Assembly: GCA_017302015.1 (NCBI GenBank)
Contig: JAFLEE010000019.1
Coordinates: 2,551-66,550, forward strand
Source of the DNA: Spirochaetota bacterium
GTDB taxonomy: Bacteria; Spirochaetota; UBA12135; COTS27; JAFLEE01
DNA: 64,000 nt
Reading direction: 5' to 3'
The notes beneath the pieces are model-generated. The model made no database searches. It worked only from the letters and a program-made list of their open reading frames with translations, and was not told the DNA's origin. The position numbers and the translations under genes are program-made. Shown in pieces: positions 27,264-37,530 of the stretch. Within the stretch, counting starts at the first letter, position 1; every line of letters begins with the position of its first letter.

Positions 27264-30050
27264 CTATTTTTCGAATCCCACCGACCCCACGGTGAAGGCC
27301 ACCGACTTCCTTTCCTTGAGGGTACCGCCGATCTTGAAGTCGCCGATATCGGAGAGCCGCAGGCGCTCATCCCCGGCCGCCTTCTTCCCCCTTCCCCAGG
27401 CCGGGAGTTTGAACGCGGCGAAGGGGATGACGAACTCGAGGCGCTCGCCGTCGATACGCACCGGCTTTATCTCCGCGGCGAACTTGGCGCCGCTCTCTTT
27501 TTCCCCCAGCATGGCGGTGAACGAGGAGAAATCGCCGGCCTGCGCGGTGGTGAGGCTGAAGCGGATCGCGGAGAAGGGGGTGAGATCCCGGGGCGGCTTA
27601 AAGGCCCCGACGGCCAAGACGTGTCGCCCGGCGTTTTCGGGGAGGGCGGTGAGATCGGCGGTGACCTTCTGGCCCGCGGGGCCGAGCTCGAAGGTGAAAC
27701 GCCCCTTGGCCCCCCAAGAGTCGCCGCTCCAGGTAAGCTGGTCGAGGGAAAGATCCCCGGGGCGCTTCGAGGCCGACGCCCCGGCCACGCCCGCCTCGTA
27801 GGCGAAGAAGGAGAGTTTTTTGATCCGGTAGGCCACCCGGCTTTGGCCCGCGGCGCCGCCGATGAGCATGCGGGCGAGATCTTCCCGGCGGAAGGTGCCG
27901 TCGCTCTTGCCCTTGCCCCATCCCGGGAGCCGGCACTGGTCGAAATGGAGGAGGAAGGTCGTCTCGCCGGTCTTCGGGTCGCCGATGGGAAGGTCGGGCA
28001 CCCATTTGGCCTCGGTCTTCCCTTCCTGGAAGATGAAGGTCCATGACAGCAGCGAGGCCCCGTCGGGAAGATCGACCGTGAGGGAGGCGCCGTCGAAGCC
28101 CGAAGCGTCGAACCCGATGGGGAAGTCGACCACCGCGTAGAAATAATTGGCGTTGGCGGCCGAAAGGTCCGCCCGAACCTCCACCCCGGCCGGCCCGGCT
28201 TGGATGGCGGTGTCGACGCCGTCGGCGCTTCCCGATTTCCACGGGGCGCGGGCGAGATCCACCGGCTTCTCCGAAGCGAGTTTGCCGCGGGGGCGCGAAA
28301 CGGGGTCGGGCCGGACGAAGGAACCGAGCTTCGGGTAGCGGCTGCGCCAGACGGGTTGCCCGTCGGGGCCGGGGGCGTACATGGCCGGGAAGGCCGCGGG
28401 TTCCGTGGGGAAGATGCGCCGCCAGAGGGCGTCATGGTCGCTCTCCCAAACGATCGTCATGCGGTCGTAGCGGTAGGGCTCGGCGGTGATCCATTCCGGG
28501 GAGACGACCTCGGCCACGGTCTTCCCGCCGCGCACCAGGCTCGCGCGCACTTCCCCGGGGGACATGGGAACTTGGGTGCTCGTGAAGCCCGCCGGGATCT
28601 CGGCCACCTTCTTCCCGCGATAGCGCAATTCGCCGGGGGCCGCCGCGAAGGCGACGAGGTCGACGGCCTCGTCGGTGAGCAGCGATTTTTCCCAGTCGGC
28701 CCGGGAGAGGGCCCAGGAGGCGTAGTACGGCGGGAAGAGGTCGAAGCGCGCCTTGGCGCCCAGGGCATGGCGCTTATGGAGGACGACCAGCCGTTCGGCG
28801 CGCTCGGGCGCCTCGCCGCGCCAATGGGCGCGGTGCCAGGCGTTCATCAGGCCGAAGCCGAAATTATGGTTGACTTCGGGGGCGAGGTGGTGCCCCTCCT
28901 CGTAATCGTTCCAGGTGCCGAAGGAGACCATGGGCGCTTCAGCGGCGATGGCCTGCTTCCAGCACCAGGTCAGGTTCGAACTGAGCCCGGCGCCGATGAT
29001 CATGCGCCCGTAATTTTCCGGGGGCTCGCCGATCTTGTGCATCTCCACCGCCCCGGTGCGCGTGCTGCGCAGCTTCGCGCAGTTCATCTCGGGCATGACG
29101 CCCTTGACGTAGGCGCGGCCCCGGTTCTTGCAGGTCTGCGCCACCCGACGGATATCGGCCTCCCGCCCCTGCGTGGGGTAATCGAAGAAATCGTTCACCG
29201 CGGGGAAGACATCGAGGATGGCGTCGAGGGAGGCCTGGTACTCCGCGTCGGGGGTTTCGCGCCAGGGGCGATAGGAGCGCTTGCCGCCGTGGTAGATGAC
29301 GGCGATGGGAACGCCGAGGCGGGCCTCGATGAGGTCCCAGGCCCGGGCGACCTTTTTCGCCTTCTCCCGCGCATCGGTGATCCCTTTCGCCTCGGGGGCG
29401 AAGCCGTCGGTGCCCCAGGTGTAGAGGAGGAGCCGCCCGTCGGGCGTGCGCAGCCAATGGGGGGAGTTCGCCGTGGCCTGGAGGATGCGCCGAAGGCGCT
29501 CGCCCACGACCTCGACCACCTCCTCGGTCGTGGCGTAGCCGGAGACGTCGGAGGGGCAGAGGGTGAGTTTGAGGTCGATCTTCTTGGCGTCGGCGACCGT
29601 GAAATACCGGACGATCGACAGGTCGGTGGGGGAAAGTTCGGCGGGCGCGGGAACCTTGGGTTTGCCGAAGGCCATGTAGAAATGGAAGCCGTCGACCCCG
29701 AGGGGCCGGGCGGTGCGGAGTTCCCATTCGACGTAGGCGTCGATGCTCTCGACCCTTTTCCGGTCGAGAAAATCTTCGCGCATGCCCGGGAAGCGGGGGA
29801 CCGGCCAAGCGTTCCACGAAAGCACCGTGCTGATCCCCCCGATCTGGGCGAACGGGCCGTCGGGGAGGAAGAACTTGGCGTCGTTCTGGGTGCCGCCGAG
29901 GTGGGGGACGCTCGCCGCCATGAAGTGGGCGATGACGAGGCGCTCGGAGGCGATGGGCAGGGCGAGTTTCCCGGGCTCGGAGGCGGCGGAAAGGCCCGCC
30001 GCCAGGAGGCCGAGGAACAGACCGGTGCGGACCGCGTCGAAAAGGGCCAT
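27264..30050 (-). CDS. Large secreted hypothetical protein (928 aa), putative glycosidase.
   Basis: Signal peptide. Long ORF with host-like codon usage. No confident family assignment. Confidence 0.5.
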   Translation of the reverse strand: MALFDAVRTGLFLGLLAAGLSAASEPGKLALPIASERLVIAHFMAASVPHLGGTQNDAKFFLPDGPFAQIGGISTVLSWNAWPVPRFPGMREDFLDRKRVESIDAYVEWELRTARPLGVDGFHFYMAFGKPKVPAPAELSPTDLSIVRYFTVADAKKIDLKLTLCPSDVSGYATTEEVVEVVGERLRRILQATANSPHWLRTPDGRLLLYTWGTDGFAPEAKGITDAREKAKKVARAWDLIEARLGVPIAVIYHGGKRSYRPWRETPDAEYQASLDAILDVFPAVNDFFDYPTQGREADIRRVAQTCKNRGRAYVKGVMPEMNCAKLRSTRTGAVEMHKIGEPPENYGRMIIGAGLSSNLTWCWKQAIAAEAPMVSFGTWNDYEEGHHLAPEVNHNFGFGLMNAWHRAHWRGEAPERAERLVVLHKRHALGAKARFDLFPPYYASWALSRADWEKSLLTDEAVDLVAFAAAPGELRYRGKKVAEIPAGFTSTQVPMSPGEVRASLVRGGKTVAEVVSPEWITAEPYRYDRMTIVWESDHDALWRRIFPTEPAAFPAMYAPGPDGQPVWRSRYPKLGSFVRPDPVSRPRGKLASEKPVDLARAPWKSGSADGVDTAIQAGPAGVEVRADLSAANANYFYAVVDFPIGFDASGFDGASLTVDLPDGASLLSWTFIFQEGKTEAKWVPDLPIGDPKTGETTFLLHFDQCRLPGWGKGKSDGTFRREDLARMLIGGAAGQSRVAYRIKKLSFFAYEAGVAGASASKRPGDLSLDQLTWSGDSWGAKGRFTFELGPAGQKVTADLTALPENAGRHVLAVGAFKPPRDLTPFSAIRFSLTTAQAGDFSSFTAMLGEKESGAKFAAEIKPVRIDGERLEFVIPFAAFKLPAWGRGKKAAGDERLRLSDIGDFKIGGTLKERKSVAFTVGSVGFEK

Positions 30051-30123
30051 GGTGTCTCCTGGGTCTTCGGCGTCGGCCCCGAGTCGCGGCGGCGCTTCTC
30101 GGGGTGAAGCGAGCGCCCCGGCT

Positions 30124-31302
30124 TCAGCGCTTCTTCTTTTTGGCCTTCTTCGCCGCGGCTTTTTTCGCCTTCTTCGGTTTCGCCTTTGCCGCCGTTCGGG
30201 CGGGAAGGGCGAACACCGGCTTATTCCCGCGGCGAAGGGCCGCTTGGCGATGGCACTCTTCGGTCACGGCCACCTGCTGGCGCACCTGCTCGACCGTCAC
30301 TTCCAGGGGCGCGCCTTCGGTGAGGGTGCGGTGGAGCATGCGGTAATAGCGGCTGGAGATCGCCTTGAACAGGTCGGCGTCTTCGGCGGGCACCGTCCAT
30401 TTCTCCTCTTTCCAGGGGAGGGTCTCGGAGCAATAGGCCGGGCCGCCCTCGGGGGTCGAGATGGGCTTTTCGCAGAGTTGGCGCTTGGGGGCCTCCTTCT
30501 CGTCGAAATACTTCCACTCGATCTCTTTCATCGATCCCTTGAGCCCGCCGCGGGTTCCCTGCACGAGGTAGGTGAAGCCGCTATAGGCATTGCAGGAAGA
30601 GACCTCGACTTCGACGAGGGGCCGCCCGGGGGCCTTCAGGAGCACCTTGGCGAAATCGTCCGCGTCGCCGAAGGAATTGGCGAGGTCGAGATGGCAGACG
30701 ACCTCGGGCATGCCCTTGAAGTCGAGGAAGCGCAGGGCCTGGTCGAGGGGGTGGGGGCCGGTATTGCGCAGGCCGCCGGCGTTTAAGCGGTCGATCATCT
30801 GCCAGTCCCAGCGTCGGGCGTAGCCGCTGAAATGGATCTGCACCTGCACGAGGCGGCCGAGCACGCCCGAATCCACGACCTTCTTCACCTGGGTGAAATA
30901 GGGCGCGAAGCGGGATTGCTGGAAGACGGCGAGGGTGCGCCCGGCCTTCTTCGCCGCGGCGGCCATCGCATCGACCTCCGCCACCGTGCGGGCCATCGGC
31001 TTCTCGCAGAGCACGTTGAAGCCCGCGCGCAGGAATTCGAGGGAGATGGGCGCGTGCAGGTGGCTCTGGGACGCGTTCACCACGAGGTCGAGATCCTTGA
31101 TCTTAAGGAGATCCCGGTAATCGGTGGTGAGCAGGCATTCGCTATCGTAGCCGTAGGCCTTCTTGGCGTGCTCCAGGCGGGAGGCGATGGGATCGGCCAC
31201 CGCGACGATCTTGAAGTAATCCGGATCGGTGACGAGGTACTTGGCGTGGATATCCGCGCCGCTTCGGCCCTGGCCGATGATGCCCACACGTAATTGCTTC
31301 AT
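30124..31302 (-). CDS. Gfo/Idh/MocA-family NAD(P)-dependent oxidoreductase with a Lys/Ala-rich C-terminal tail.
   Basis: Rossmann N-terminus (MKQLRVGIIGQGRSGADIHAKYL) and an EKP motif (LCEKPMA). The C-terminus ends AKAKPKKAKKAAAKKAKKKKR. Confidence 0.8.
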   Translation of the reverse strand: MKQLRVGIIGQGRSGADIHAKYLVTDPDYFKIVAVADPIASRLEHAKKAYGYDSECLLTTDYRDLLKIKDLDLVVNASQSHLHAPISLEFLRAGFNVLCEKPMARTVAEVDAMAAAAKKAGRTLAVFQQSRFAPYFTQVKKVVDSGVLGRLVQVQIHFSGYARRWDWQMIDRLNAGGLRNTGPHPLDQALRFLDFKGMPEVVCHLDLANSFGDADDFAKVLLKAPGRPLVEVEVSSCNAYSGFTYLVQGTRGGLKGSMKEIEWKYFDEKEAPKRQLCEKPISTPEGGPAYCSETLPWKEEKWTVPAEDADLFKAISSRYYRMLHRTLTEGAPLEVTVEQVRQQVAVTEECHRQAALRRGNKPVFALPARTAAKAKPKKAKKAAAKKAKKKKR

Positions 31303-31374
31303 GGTATCGCTCCCCTGGATTTCCGTGGATGGGAAATTATACAACTAATCGGTTGGGAACGGATACGCCGATTC

Positions 31375-33351
31375 TCAGCGGATTTCCGGGGATTTTGAGG
31401 GGATGCGGAGAAGGACCACGCTGCACGGGGGGATTTCCAGGGAGAAGGAGGGCCCCGCCTGGAAGGGTTCCTCGACCGGGGCCACCCGATTTGGCGCGGC
31501 GAGGTCGTTGGTGGCCTCGGGCGGCCCGGCGAGGAGGGTGCGGGTAGCCGCCGCAGTGGTGGCGCCCCCGCCGCGTATGTCCACCTCGATATCCACCGGG
31601 GACGCCTGGGGATTGGCGAACTTGAGGAAGAGGGCCCCCTCCCGGGCCGAGTAGGTGCTCGAGACCCCCACCACCGTTTCCCGCCCGTCGGCCCGGGGGG
31701 GAAGATTCCAGTCGTGGGGGACCCAGGTTTCCCCCAGGTGCGACGCGAAGAGGCGCTGCACGTGGTAATTGGGCGTCGTCACCACGCGCCCGTCGTCGAA
31801 CCAGATGAGGTTGGCGTGCTTCCACTGGCAGAAATCGTAATGGGCGAGTAGCGGCGCGTAGGAATGCATCGCGACGAGGTCGCTATTGCGCTCGAGGCCC
31901 GTGAGGTAGACGGCCTCGGCCACGGCGTTCTCCATCGCGTTGCCGCGGGAGGCGTATTCCCCCACGTAGACCTTCGGCCCCTCCCGTTTCGCGCCATCGA
32001 AGCGGCGATGGTTTTCGACGAACCACGCGGGCTCCATGTAATAGTGCTCGTCGGTGTAGGACACGCCGGTCTGGGCCATGAGATCGGCCAGGGGCGCTTC
32101 GGGCCCGAGCCCCGAGGTGCCGATGATCTCGATGCCCGGGCACTCCCGCCGCAGGCGCTCGACGAATTTCGGGAAGCGCTTGCGGAAAGCCGGGGTGTCG
32201 TGCTCTTCGTTGCCGACGCCCAGGAGTTTCAGGCCGAAGGGTTCGGGATGGCCCATCGCGGCGCGCACCGCGCCCCAGCCGGAACTCGCGGGCCCGTTGG
32301 CGAAGGCCACGAGGTCGACGCAATCCTGGATCCAAGCCTCGAGCGCCTCGTCGCCTACGGCTTGGAAGGGTTTGGAGAACCCGCAACTCACCCCGGCGGG
32401 CAGGATGGGCATCGGCTCGCAGCCGATGTCCTCGCAGAACTGGAAATATTCGAAGAAGCCGAGGCCGTAGGTCTGGTGGTAGCCCCAGCGGTTCCAATTC
32501 GGCCGCCGCGACTCGATGGGCCCCACGCTGTCCTTCCATCGATAGGCGTTCGCGAGCCCGTCGCCGTGCACGATGCACCCGCCGGGAAATCGCAGGAAGC
32601 GGGGCTTGAGGTCGGCGATGGCCTGGGCGAGGTCTTTTCGCAGGCCGTTGCGGCGCCCGTGGAAGGTCTCCCTCGGGAAGAGTGAGACGTGGGCGAGGTG
32701 GAACGCGTCGCCGATATCCAGGGTGACGACGAGGCGGGCCCGGGATTCGCTCCGGCGGGGGATGAGCACCGCTTCGCGTTTTTCCCAGGCGGAGGAAACG
32801 GCGGCGAGAGTTTCCCGGGCGAGGATCTGGCCGTCGGGCCCCTCGAGGGCCACCGTGGGGGCGACGGACATCGCGCTTCCCGAGCGGATGAAGGCGCTGA
32901 AATCGTAGGGGGCGCCCGCCTCCACGCGCATCCCGCCGCGATAGCCCCGGTTCGCGATGCCGAAACTTCCCGGGCCGCCCGACGCCCGCAGTACGGCGTA
33001 ATTCGGGCTGCGCTCATCCACGGGATCGAGGATCGCGATGTCGAAGCGGCATTCCCGCTTGCCGCGGCCCACGGTTTCCCACGCGGTCTTCGGGGAGAGC
33101 GCGGTGCCCTCGCCCCGCACGCCGTGGATGGGGAAATAGGCGAAGGAGCGGTTCTCCACCAGTTCGGCGTAGAGCCCACCGTCGGCCGCGCCGTTGATGT
33201 CCTCGAAGAATAACCCATAGAGGTGCGGGGGGATGGGCTTGCCGATCTGGTCGCGGTGGAGGGTGAGGCGCCCCACAAGCCGCGGGGGGGCTTTTCGGGG
33301 GGCGAAGCGGTCGAAGATTCGTCGCAGGAGCGCGGCGGGACGGGGGGACAT
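31375..33351 (-). CDS. abfA: Alpha-L-arabinofuranosidase, GH51 family.
   Basis: N-terminal LYGLFFEDINGAADGGLYAELVENRSF, WKDSVGPIESRRPNWNRWGY and GVGNEEHD blocks characteristic of GH51. Confidence 0.8.
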   Translation of the reverse strand: MSPRPAALLRRIFDRFAPRKAPPRLVGRLTLHRDQIGKPIPPHLYGLFFEDINGAADGGLYAELVENRSFAYFPIHGVRGEGTALSPKTAWETVGRGKRECRFDIAILDPVDERSPNYAVLRASGGPGSFGIANRGYRGGMRVEAGAPYDFSAFIRSGSAMSVAPTVALEGPDGQILARETLAAVSSAWEKREAVLIPRRSESRARLVVTLDIGDAFHLAHVSLFPRETFHGRRNGLRKDLAQAIADLKPRFLRFPGGCIVHGDGLANAYRWKDSVGPIESRRPNWNRWGYHQTYGLGFFEYFQFCEDIGCEPMPILPAGVSCGFSKPFQAVGDEALEAWIQDCVDLVAFANGPASSGWGAVRAAMGHPEPFGLKLLGVGNEEHDTPAFRKRFPKFVERLRRECPGIEIIGTSGLGPEAPLADLMAQTGVSYTDEHYYMEPAWFVENHRRFDGAKREGPKVYVGEYASRGNAMENAVAEAVYLTGLERNSDLVAMHSYAPLLAHYDFCQWKHANLIWFDDGRVVTTPNYHVQRLFASHLGETWVPHDWNLPPRADGRETVVGVSSTYSAREGALFLKFANPQASPVDIEVDIRGGGATTAAATRTLLAGPPEATNDLAAPNRVAPVEEPFQAGPSFSLEIPPCSVVLLRIPSKSPEIR

Positions 33352-33422
33352 GGGGGCCTCGGAAGGCTACCGGAAGCGGCCGGCAACCTTGTGTAGGATG
33401 GCCCCGGCCCGTATAATCCGCC

Positions 33423-34379
33423 ATGGTCCCCCGGTTCAAAAACCTTTGTGAAACATGCACGATCCCCCCGGGCACCCGGGAGCGTTTCCTGCCCCTGGGC
33501 CATCCGTCCCTCGCCGGGCTGCGGGCCCTGGGCGTGCGCATGGGCGGGGTGAGCCTTATCGGGCCGGGGTACCGCATGGTCCGCTTCCGTCCCACCTTCC
33601 ACGCGCTGCTCTACGTGCTGGAGGGCGAAGCGCATTTCGGGAACGCCCGCGCGCAGGCCTGGGCTGGCCCGGGCGAGCGGCTCCTCTTCCCCGCCGGGGA
33701 ATTCCAGGCCTATGCGCCCAAAACGCCCGCGTGGCGCATGGCGTGGTTCCACTTGGACGCCGCCCGCGCCCACCGGGGCCTGGGGAAGGCCTTCTTGCGG
33801 ACCCGCGACCCCGGCGCGTGCCGCGCGGTGGAGCGCGTCATGGCCGGCCTGCTCGACGAGGTCGACCTCCGCCGCGACCGCGATCTCGTCGCCCTTTGGT
33901 CGGGCTTGCTCCTGAAGACGCTTCGGCGCGACCTTTTCGATGACGACGCGGGCTTCGCCGGGCCTGCCCCCGAGGCCGCTCGCCTCGATGAGGTCTGGGG
34001 CCTCGTCTCCTCCCAGCTTGAATCCGATTGGAGCCTTAAGCGCATGGCCTCCCATACGGTATGGACGCGCGCCCATTTCGCCCGGCTCTGCGCCTCGCGC
34101 TACGGGGAGCCCCCCATGAAGCGCCTCGCCCGCCTGCGCATGGAGCATGCCGAGGGCCTCCTCGCCGCCACCGCGCTCCCCGTGGGCGAGATCTCCCAGA
34201 GGTCGGGTTACTCCGATGCGTTCGCCTTCTCCACGGCATTCCGCCGCCACGCGGGCCTGCCGCCGGCGGTGTGGCGGGGGCGGCGAAAAGGAAAGCGGGA
34301 TCCACTGGTCCCGTCCGCATCGCCCACGCCAGACGGTCGGGGTAGGCCCCCATCGCCTCCTCGCGTAGGCGGTAATTGA
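33423..34379 (+). CDS. AraC-family transcriptional regulator.
   Basis: C-terminal AraC HTH. Divergent from the GH51 gene. Confidence 0.75.
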   Translation: MVPRFKNLCETCTIPPGTRERFLPLGHPSLAGLRALGVRMGGVSLIGPGYRMVRFRPTFHALLYVLEGEAHFGNARAQAWAGPGERLLFPAGEFQAYAPKTPAWRMAWFHLDAARAHRGLGKAFLRTRDPGACRAVERVMAGLLDEVDLRRDRDLVALWSGLLLKTLRRDLFDDDAGFAGPAPEAARLDEVWGLVSSQLESDWSLKRMASHTVWTRAHFARLCASRYGEPPMKRLARLRMEHAEGLLAATALPVGEISQRSGYSDAFAFSTAFRRHAGLPPAVWRGRRKGKRDPLVPSASPTPDGRGRPPSPPRVGGN

Positions 34380-35608
34380 TGGTAGCATCGTGGATGGGAC
34401 TTCACTTTTTTCCCCCTATCGCCCGTCGGTTCATGCAAGCCCTCCTCGGCGGGGCGTTGATCCTCATGCCCCTCGTCGCCGCCGATCGTTTGCGCATCGC
34501 GGTCTATCAATTCGATTCGCGCAGCGGGGTGGAGCCCGCCGTCGCCGGCAATGTCACCGATCTTTTCCAGACCGAGTTCGCCCGCCTCAATCGCTTCGAT
34601 GTGCTCGAGCGCGCCAACCTCCAGCGCGTCATCAAGGAACAGTCGATCCAAAGTTCCGGCTGCGTGGAGAGCTCTTGCGCCGTGAAACTCGGCAATCTCT
34701 TGGGCGTCCAAAAGATGGTGGTCGGGGCGGTGTTCCGCATGGGGGGCGCGTATTACGTCAACCTCCATTTCGTCGATGTCGAACTCGCCCGGGTCGATTT
34801 TTCGGAATCCGCCTCCACCCCCGAAGAACATGGACTGCCGGCGCTCATCGCCGAGATGGCGCTGAACATCGTGAAGAAGATCCCCGTTTCGGCGCGGATC
34901 GTGAAACTTACCGGAGATCGCACGGCCTTCTGCAACCTCGGGGTCGACGACGGGGTGCGCCCCGGTGAAACGGTCCAGATCGTACGGCTCGGGGAGGCCG
35001 TCATGGATCCCGGCACCGGCGCCCTCCTCGGCCGAGACCGCACCGTCCTGGGCGAGGCGCAACTCACCGAGTTCACCGGGCTTTCCTTCGGCACGCTCCG
35101 TTTCCCCACCAATATGGAGGTTCGCGTCGGCGACCTCGTCATGCCGCCCCTACTCAAATCGAAGGGGAGCGGCCTTTCGCCGCTGATTCACCGCGCCATG
35201 TCGCCCCGGTCCACCATGTTCCCGCAGGCGAAACGAGAGGCACCGCCGGTTGAATACGAGACCCGCGATGTCCACCGATTAAAGGCGGCCCTGCTCATCG
35301 CGGGGCCCGTATTGGCCGCGGGCGGAGGCGTGTGCCTCGCCCTCGGTCTTGACGCGCAGGCTCGGCACCCGGCCCTGAAACTGGCCTACGACACCGCCTC
35401 CACCAATGCGGCAGACGCCTATTCGGCCTATTCGTTGAATTATCAGAACGCCGTGGCTTTCACCGCGGCGGGGGTCAGTTTATTGAGCGTGGGGGTCCCC
35501 ATGCTCCTCACGGGTGTGATCCTTCCTCGGGTCATTAAAAAACCCATTCGCATCGGATTGCTGCTCGGTCCCGGTTATTTTCAATTCCAGTGCACTGCGC
35601 CCATCTAG
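34376..35608 (+). CDS. CsgG-family lipoprotein-like protein.
   Basis: RIAVYQFDSRSG...VTDLFQTEFARLNRFDVLERANLQRVIKEQSIQSSGCV...AVKLGNLLGVQKMVVGAV matches the CsgG-family core. The start is possibly downstream (MQALLGG...). Confidence 0.5.
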   Translation: MMVASWMGLHFFPPIARRFMQALLGGALILMPLVAADRLRIAVYQFDSRSGVEPAVAGNVTDLFQTEFARLNRFDVLERANLQRVIKEQSIQSSGCVESSCAVKLGNLLGVQKMVVGAVFRMGGAYYVNLHFVDVELARVDFSESASTPEEHGLPALIAEMALNIVKKIPVSARIVKLTGDRTAFCNLGVDDGVRPGETVQIVRLGEAVMDPGTGALLGRDRTVLGEAQLTEFTGLSFGTLRFPTNMEVRVGDLVMPPLLKSKGSGLSPLIHRAMSPRSTMFPQAKREAPPVEYETRDVHRLKAALLIAGPVLAAGGGVCLALGLDAQARHPALKLAYDTASTNAADAYSAYSLNYQNAVAFTAAGVSLLSVGVPMLLTGVILPRVIKKPIRIGLLLGPGYFQFQCTAPI

Positions 35609-35775
35609 GAGCTTGTGTGATCTTTCCGCGTATTCATTTTCGTTGGTTTAGGGAGCGTTCCGTGGGGTCCGGCCTCGCCGCCCAGCGTCCGCAGGGCGGG
35701 CGCGCGCATGGCCGTGGAAAGCCTTCGATCCAGCCATCGTTCCTCCCCAGGAAGCGTCTCCGATCGCGACTGGGA

Positions 35776-36792
35776 ATGCTTTGGCTGCTGGGTCTATGGC
35801 TACCTGTTTCTTGCCAATTGGACGTGCCCTCCCATACGAACCCGTTCGATCCGAAATGGAATTCCACGCTGCCGTTTTACCAGATCGCCGAATACAACGG
35901 GTTGCTCGTTGTGACCAATCGCCTGGGGTTATCGACGACCACCGGCTTTAAAATCGAGAATTCCCAGAAGATCGAGATCAGCGCCGACGAGCAGATCCAT
36001 GTGCTCAGCAAAGGCTTCTACCACGGGGTGGGAACGCCAACGACGTCGGGCATCCTGTCGCGCCTGAGTTCGGCGGGGGTCGGCGTTTGGCGAACCGCCT
36101 CTAATCTCCTGAATTGCCCGTGGGGGTTTACGGTTTCCGATCAGGGGAACTACTACTTCATCGATTCGATCGACAATACCAGCGGCGGCCGGGTTTTTCT
36201 CGCGGGCCTCTCCGCAAGCGGTACCAATTTCTTTTTGCGCTTTGGACTGGATAATTCTTCCGTCCCGCCCCCCAATTCCGTATCGGGTCCGGGTACCTGC
36301 ACATTTGATCGGGACGGCACCCTCCTGATCGTCGATGGCAAGGACCACCAGATCAAGCGTTTCACCACGAACGGATCCTGGTTGGGCACCTACGGCACCA
36401 ACGGCTACGATGCGGGGCAATTCGGTGTGCCGATGGATGTGGCCGCGGATCCCGCAGGATCCGGTTTCTGGGTCCTTGAAAACCGCAACCGGAGAATTCA
36501 ACACGTGTCCTCAAACGGCCTCACCATCGAGAAATTCGGGGATGAACGGCCGAGTTTCGCGGAGGTCCTCGTCGACCCTTTGTTCTTCTGCTTTTACTCG
36601 AACCAATACGCGTTCGTCGGCGATAGCGGGATCAAAGGCGTCCGTTTTTGCGCCTTGGACGGGTCGAATATCGGAGTCTGGTCCGCCGTGACCGACCCGG
36701 GTTTCGTGATGCCCGTGGACATCGCGGTGGGGCCCACCGGGAAGGTTTATTTTCTCTACGAACGGAGCATCAAAGTCTTCACCAAACGGTGA
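35776..36792 (+). CDS. NHL-repeat lipoprotein.
   Basis: Signal peptide plus Cys (LGLWLPVSC). Repeated YxxDxxNxRI-type NHL blocks (YYFIDSIDN, LLIVDGKDHQIKRF, FWVLENRNRRIQHV). GC is noticeably lower than in neighbouring genes. Confidence 0.6.
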   Translation: MLWLLGLWLPVSCQLDVPSHTNPFDPKWNSTLPFYQIAEYNGLLVVTNRLGLSTTTGFKIENSQKIEISADEQIHVLSKGFYHGVGTPTTSGILSRLSSAGVGVWRTASNLLNCPWGFTVSDQGNYYFIDSIDNTSGGRVFLAGLSASGTNFFLRFGLDNSSVPPPNSVSGPGTCTFDRDGTLLIVDGKDHQIKRFTTNGSWLGTYGTNGYDAGQFGVPMDVAADPAGSGFWVLENRNRRIQHVSSNGLTIEKFGDERPSFAEVLVDPLFFCFYSNQYAFVGDSGIKGVRFCALDGSNIGVWSAVTDPGFVMPVDIAVGPTGKVYFLYERSIKVFTKR

Positions 36793-36894
36793 CCGCGCAG
36801 GTTTCGGAAGGGGTATGATCATGGGGTCCCGCGAGGATTCGCGGCGGGAACTGGGCGCGGAAAAACGTCGAATGAAGGCGACCACCGCAGCGCC

Positions 36895-37500
36895 ATGACC
36901 CCCGAGATCCTCCTCTTCGACATCGGCAATGTCATCCTTCCCTTGCGCCTCGATCGGTTCCAAGCCGCCGTGGACCGGGCCGTTCCCGGATCCCCCGCGG
37001 ATTCTTGGAACCGCCTCTATCTCGATCCCGCCTCCGATGCCTTCGAGCGCGGGGCGATCGGGCGCGGCGCTTTCCGACAAGCCGCCGCTCGGGTTTTGGG
37101 CGCGATCTTCGGCCCCGCCGAATTCGAGGAACTCTATTGCGCCCTATTCGATGGCACGACCTCGGGCCTCGAAGGGGCCCTGGGCGGCCTCGCGGGCCGA
37201 TATCGCCTCGCCCTGCTCTCCAATACCAACGCCATCCACGCCGACTATTTTATCTCGCGGCACGGGGAATTATTCGACCGATTCGAACCGGAGGCCCGGT
37301 TCTACTCCCACGAACTCGGGCTCCGTAAGCCGGAGGAGGCGATCTTTCGGGAAGTGCTTCGCCGCCTCGGGGCGCCCGCCGAGAAGGTGCGGTTCTTCGA
37401 CGATAGCCCCGCCAACGTCGCCTCGGCATCGAGGCTCGGGATCGATGCGGTCCTCATCCCGAGTCCTGCGGCGATCCTTGGAGAATTGCAGAGGCTCTAG
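36895..37500 (+). CDS. HAD-superfamily hydrolase (subfamily IA-like).
   Basis: N-terminal DxG motif (LFDIGNV), and LLSNTN and FFDDSPANV motifs. Confidence 0.7.
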   Translation: MTPEILLFDIGNVILPLRLDRFQAAVDRAVPGSPADSWNRLYLDPASDAFERGAIGRGAFRQAAARVLGAIFGPAEFEELYCALFDGTTSGLEGALGGLAGRYRLALLSNTNAIHADYFISRHGELFDRFEPEARFYSHELGLRKPEEAIFREVLRRLGAPAEKVRFFDDSPANVASASRLGIDAVLIPSPAAILGELQRL

Positions 37501-37530
37501 CCGAGTCGGAGCCCCGAAGGCGACGGCGCC

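Noticed and set aside
32388-34388. 666-aa ORF on the - strand and other long overlapping ORFs (22812..24278, 28200..30107, 37657..39480, 38849..40549, 46046..47476, 56699..58672, 59823..61313, 59854..61323)
   Set aside because: Each overlaps a gene with recognisable motifs on the other strand or frame. Their compositions are dominated by R, G, P and A. They are high-GC artefacts.
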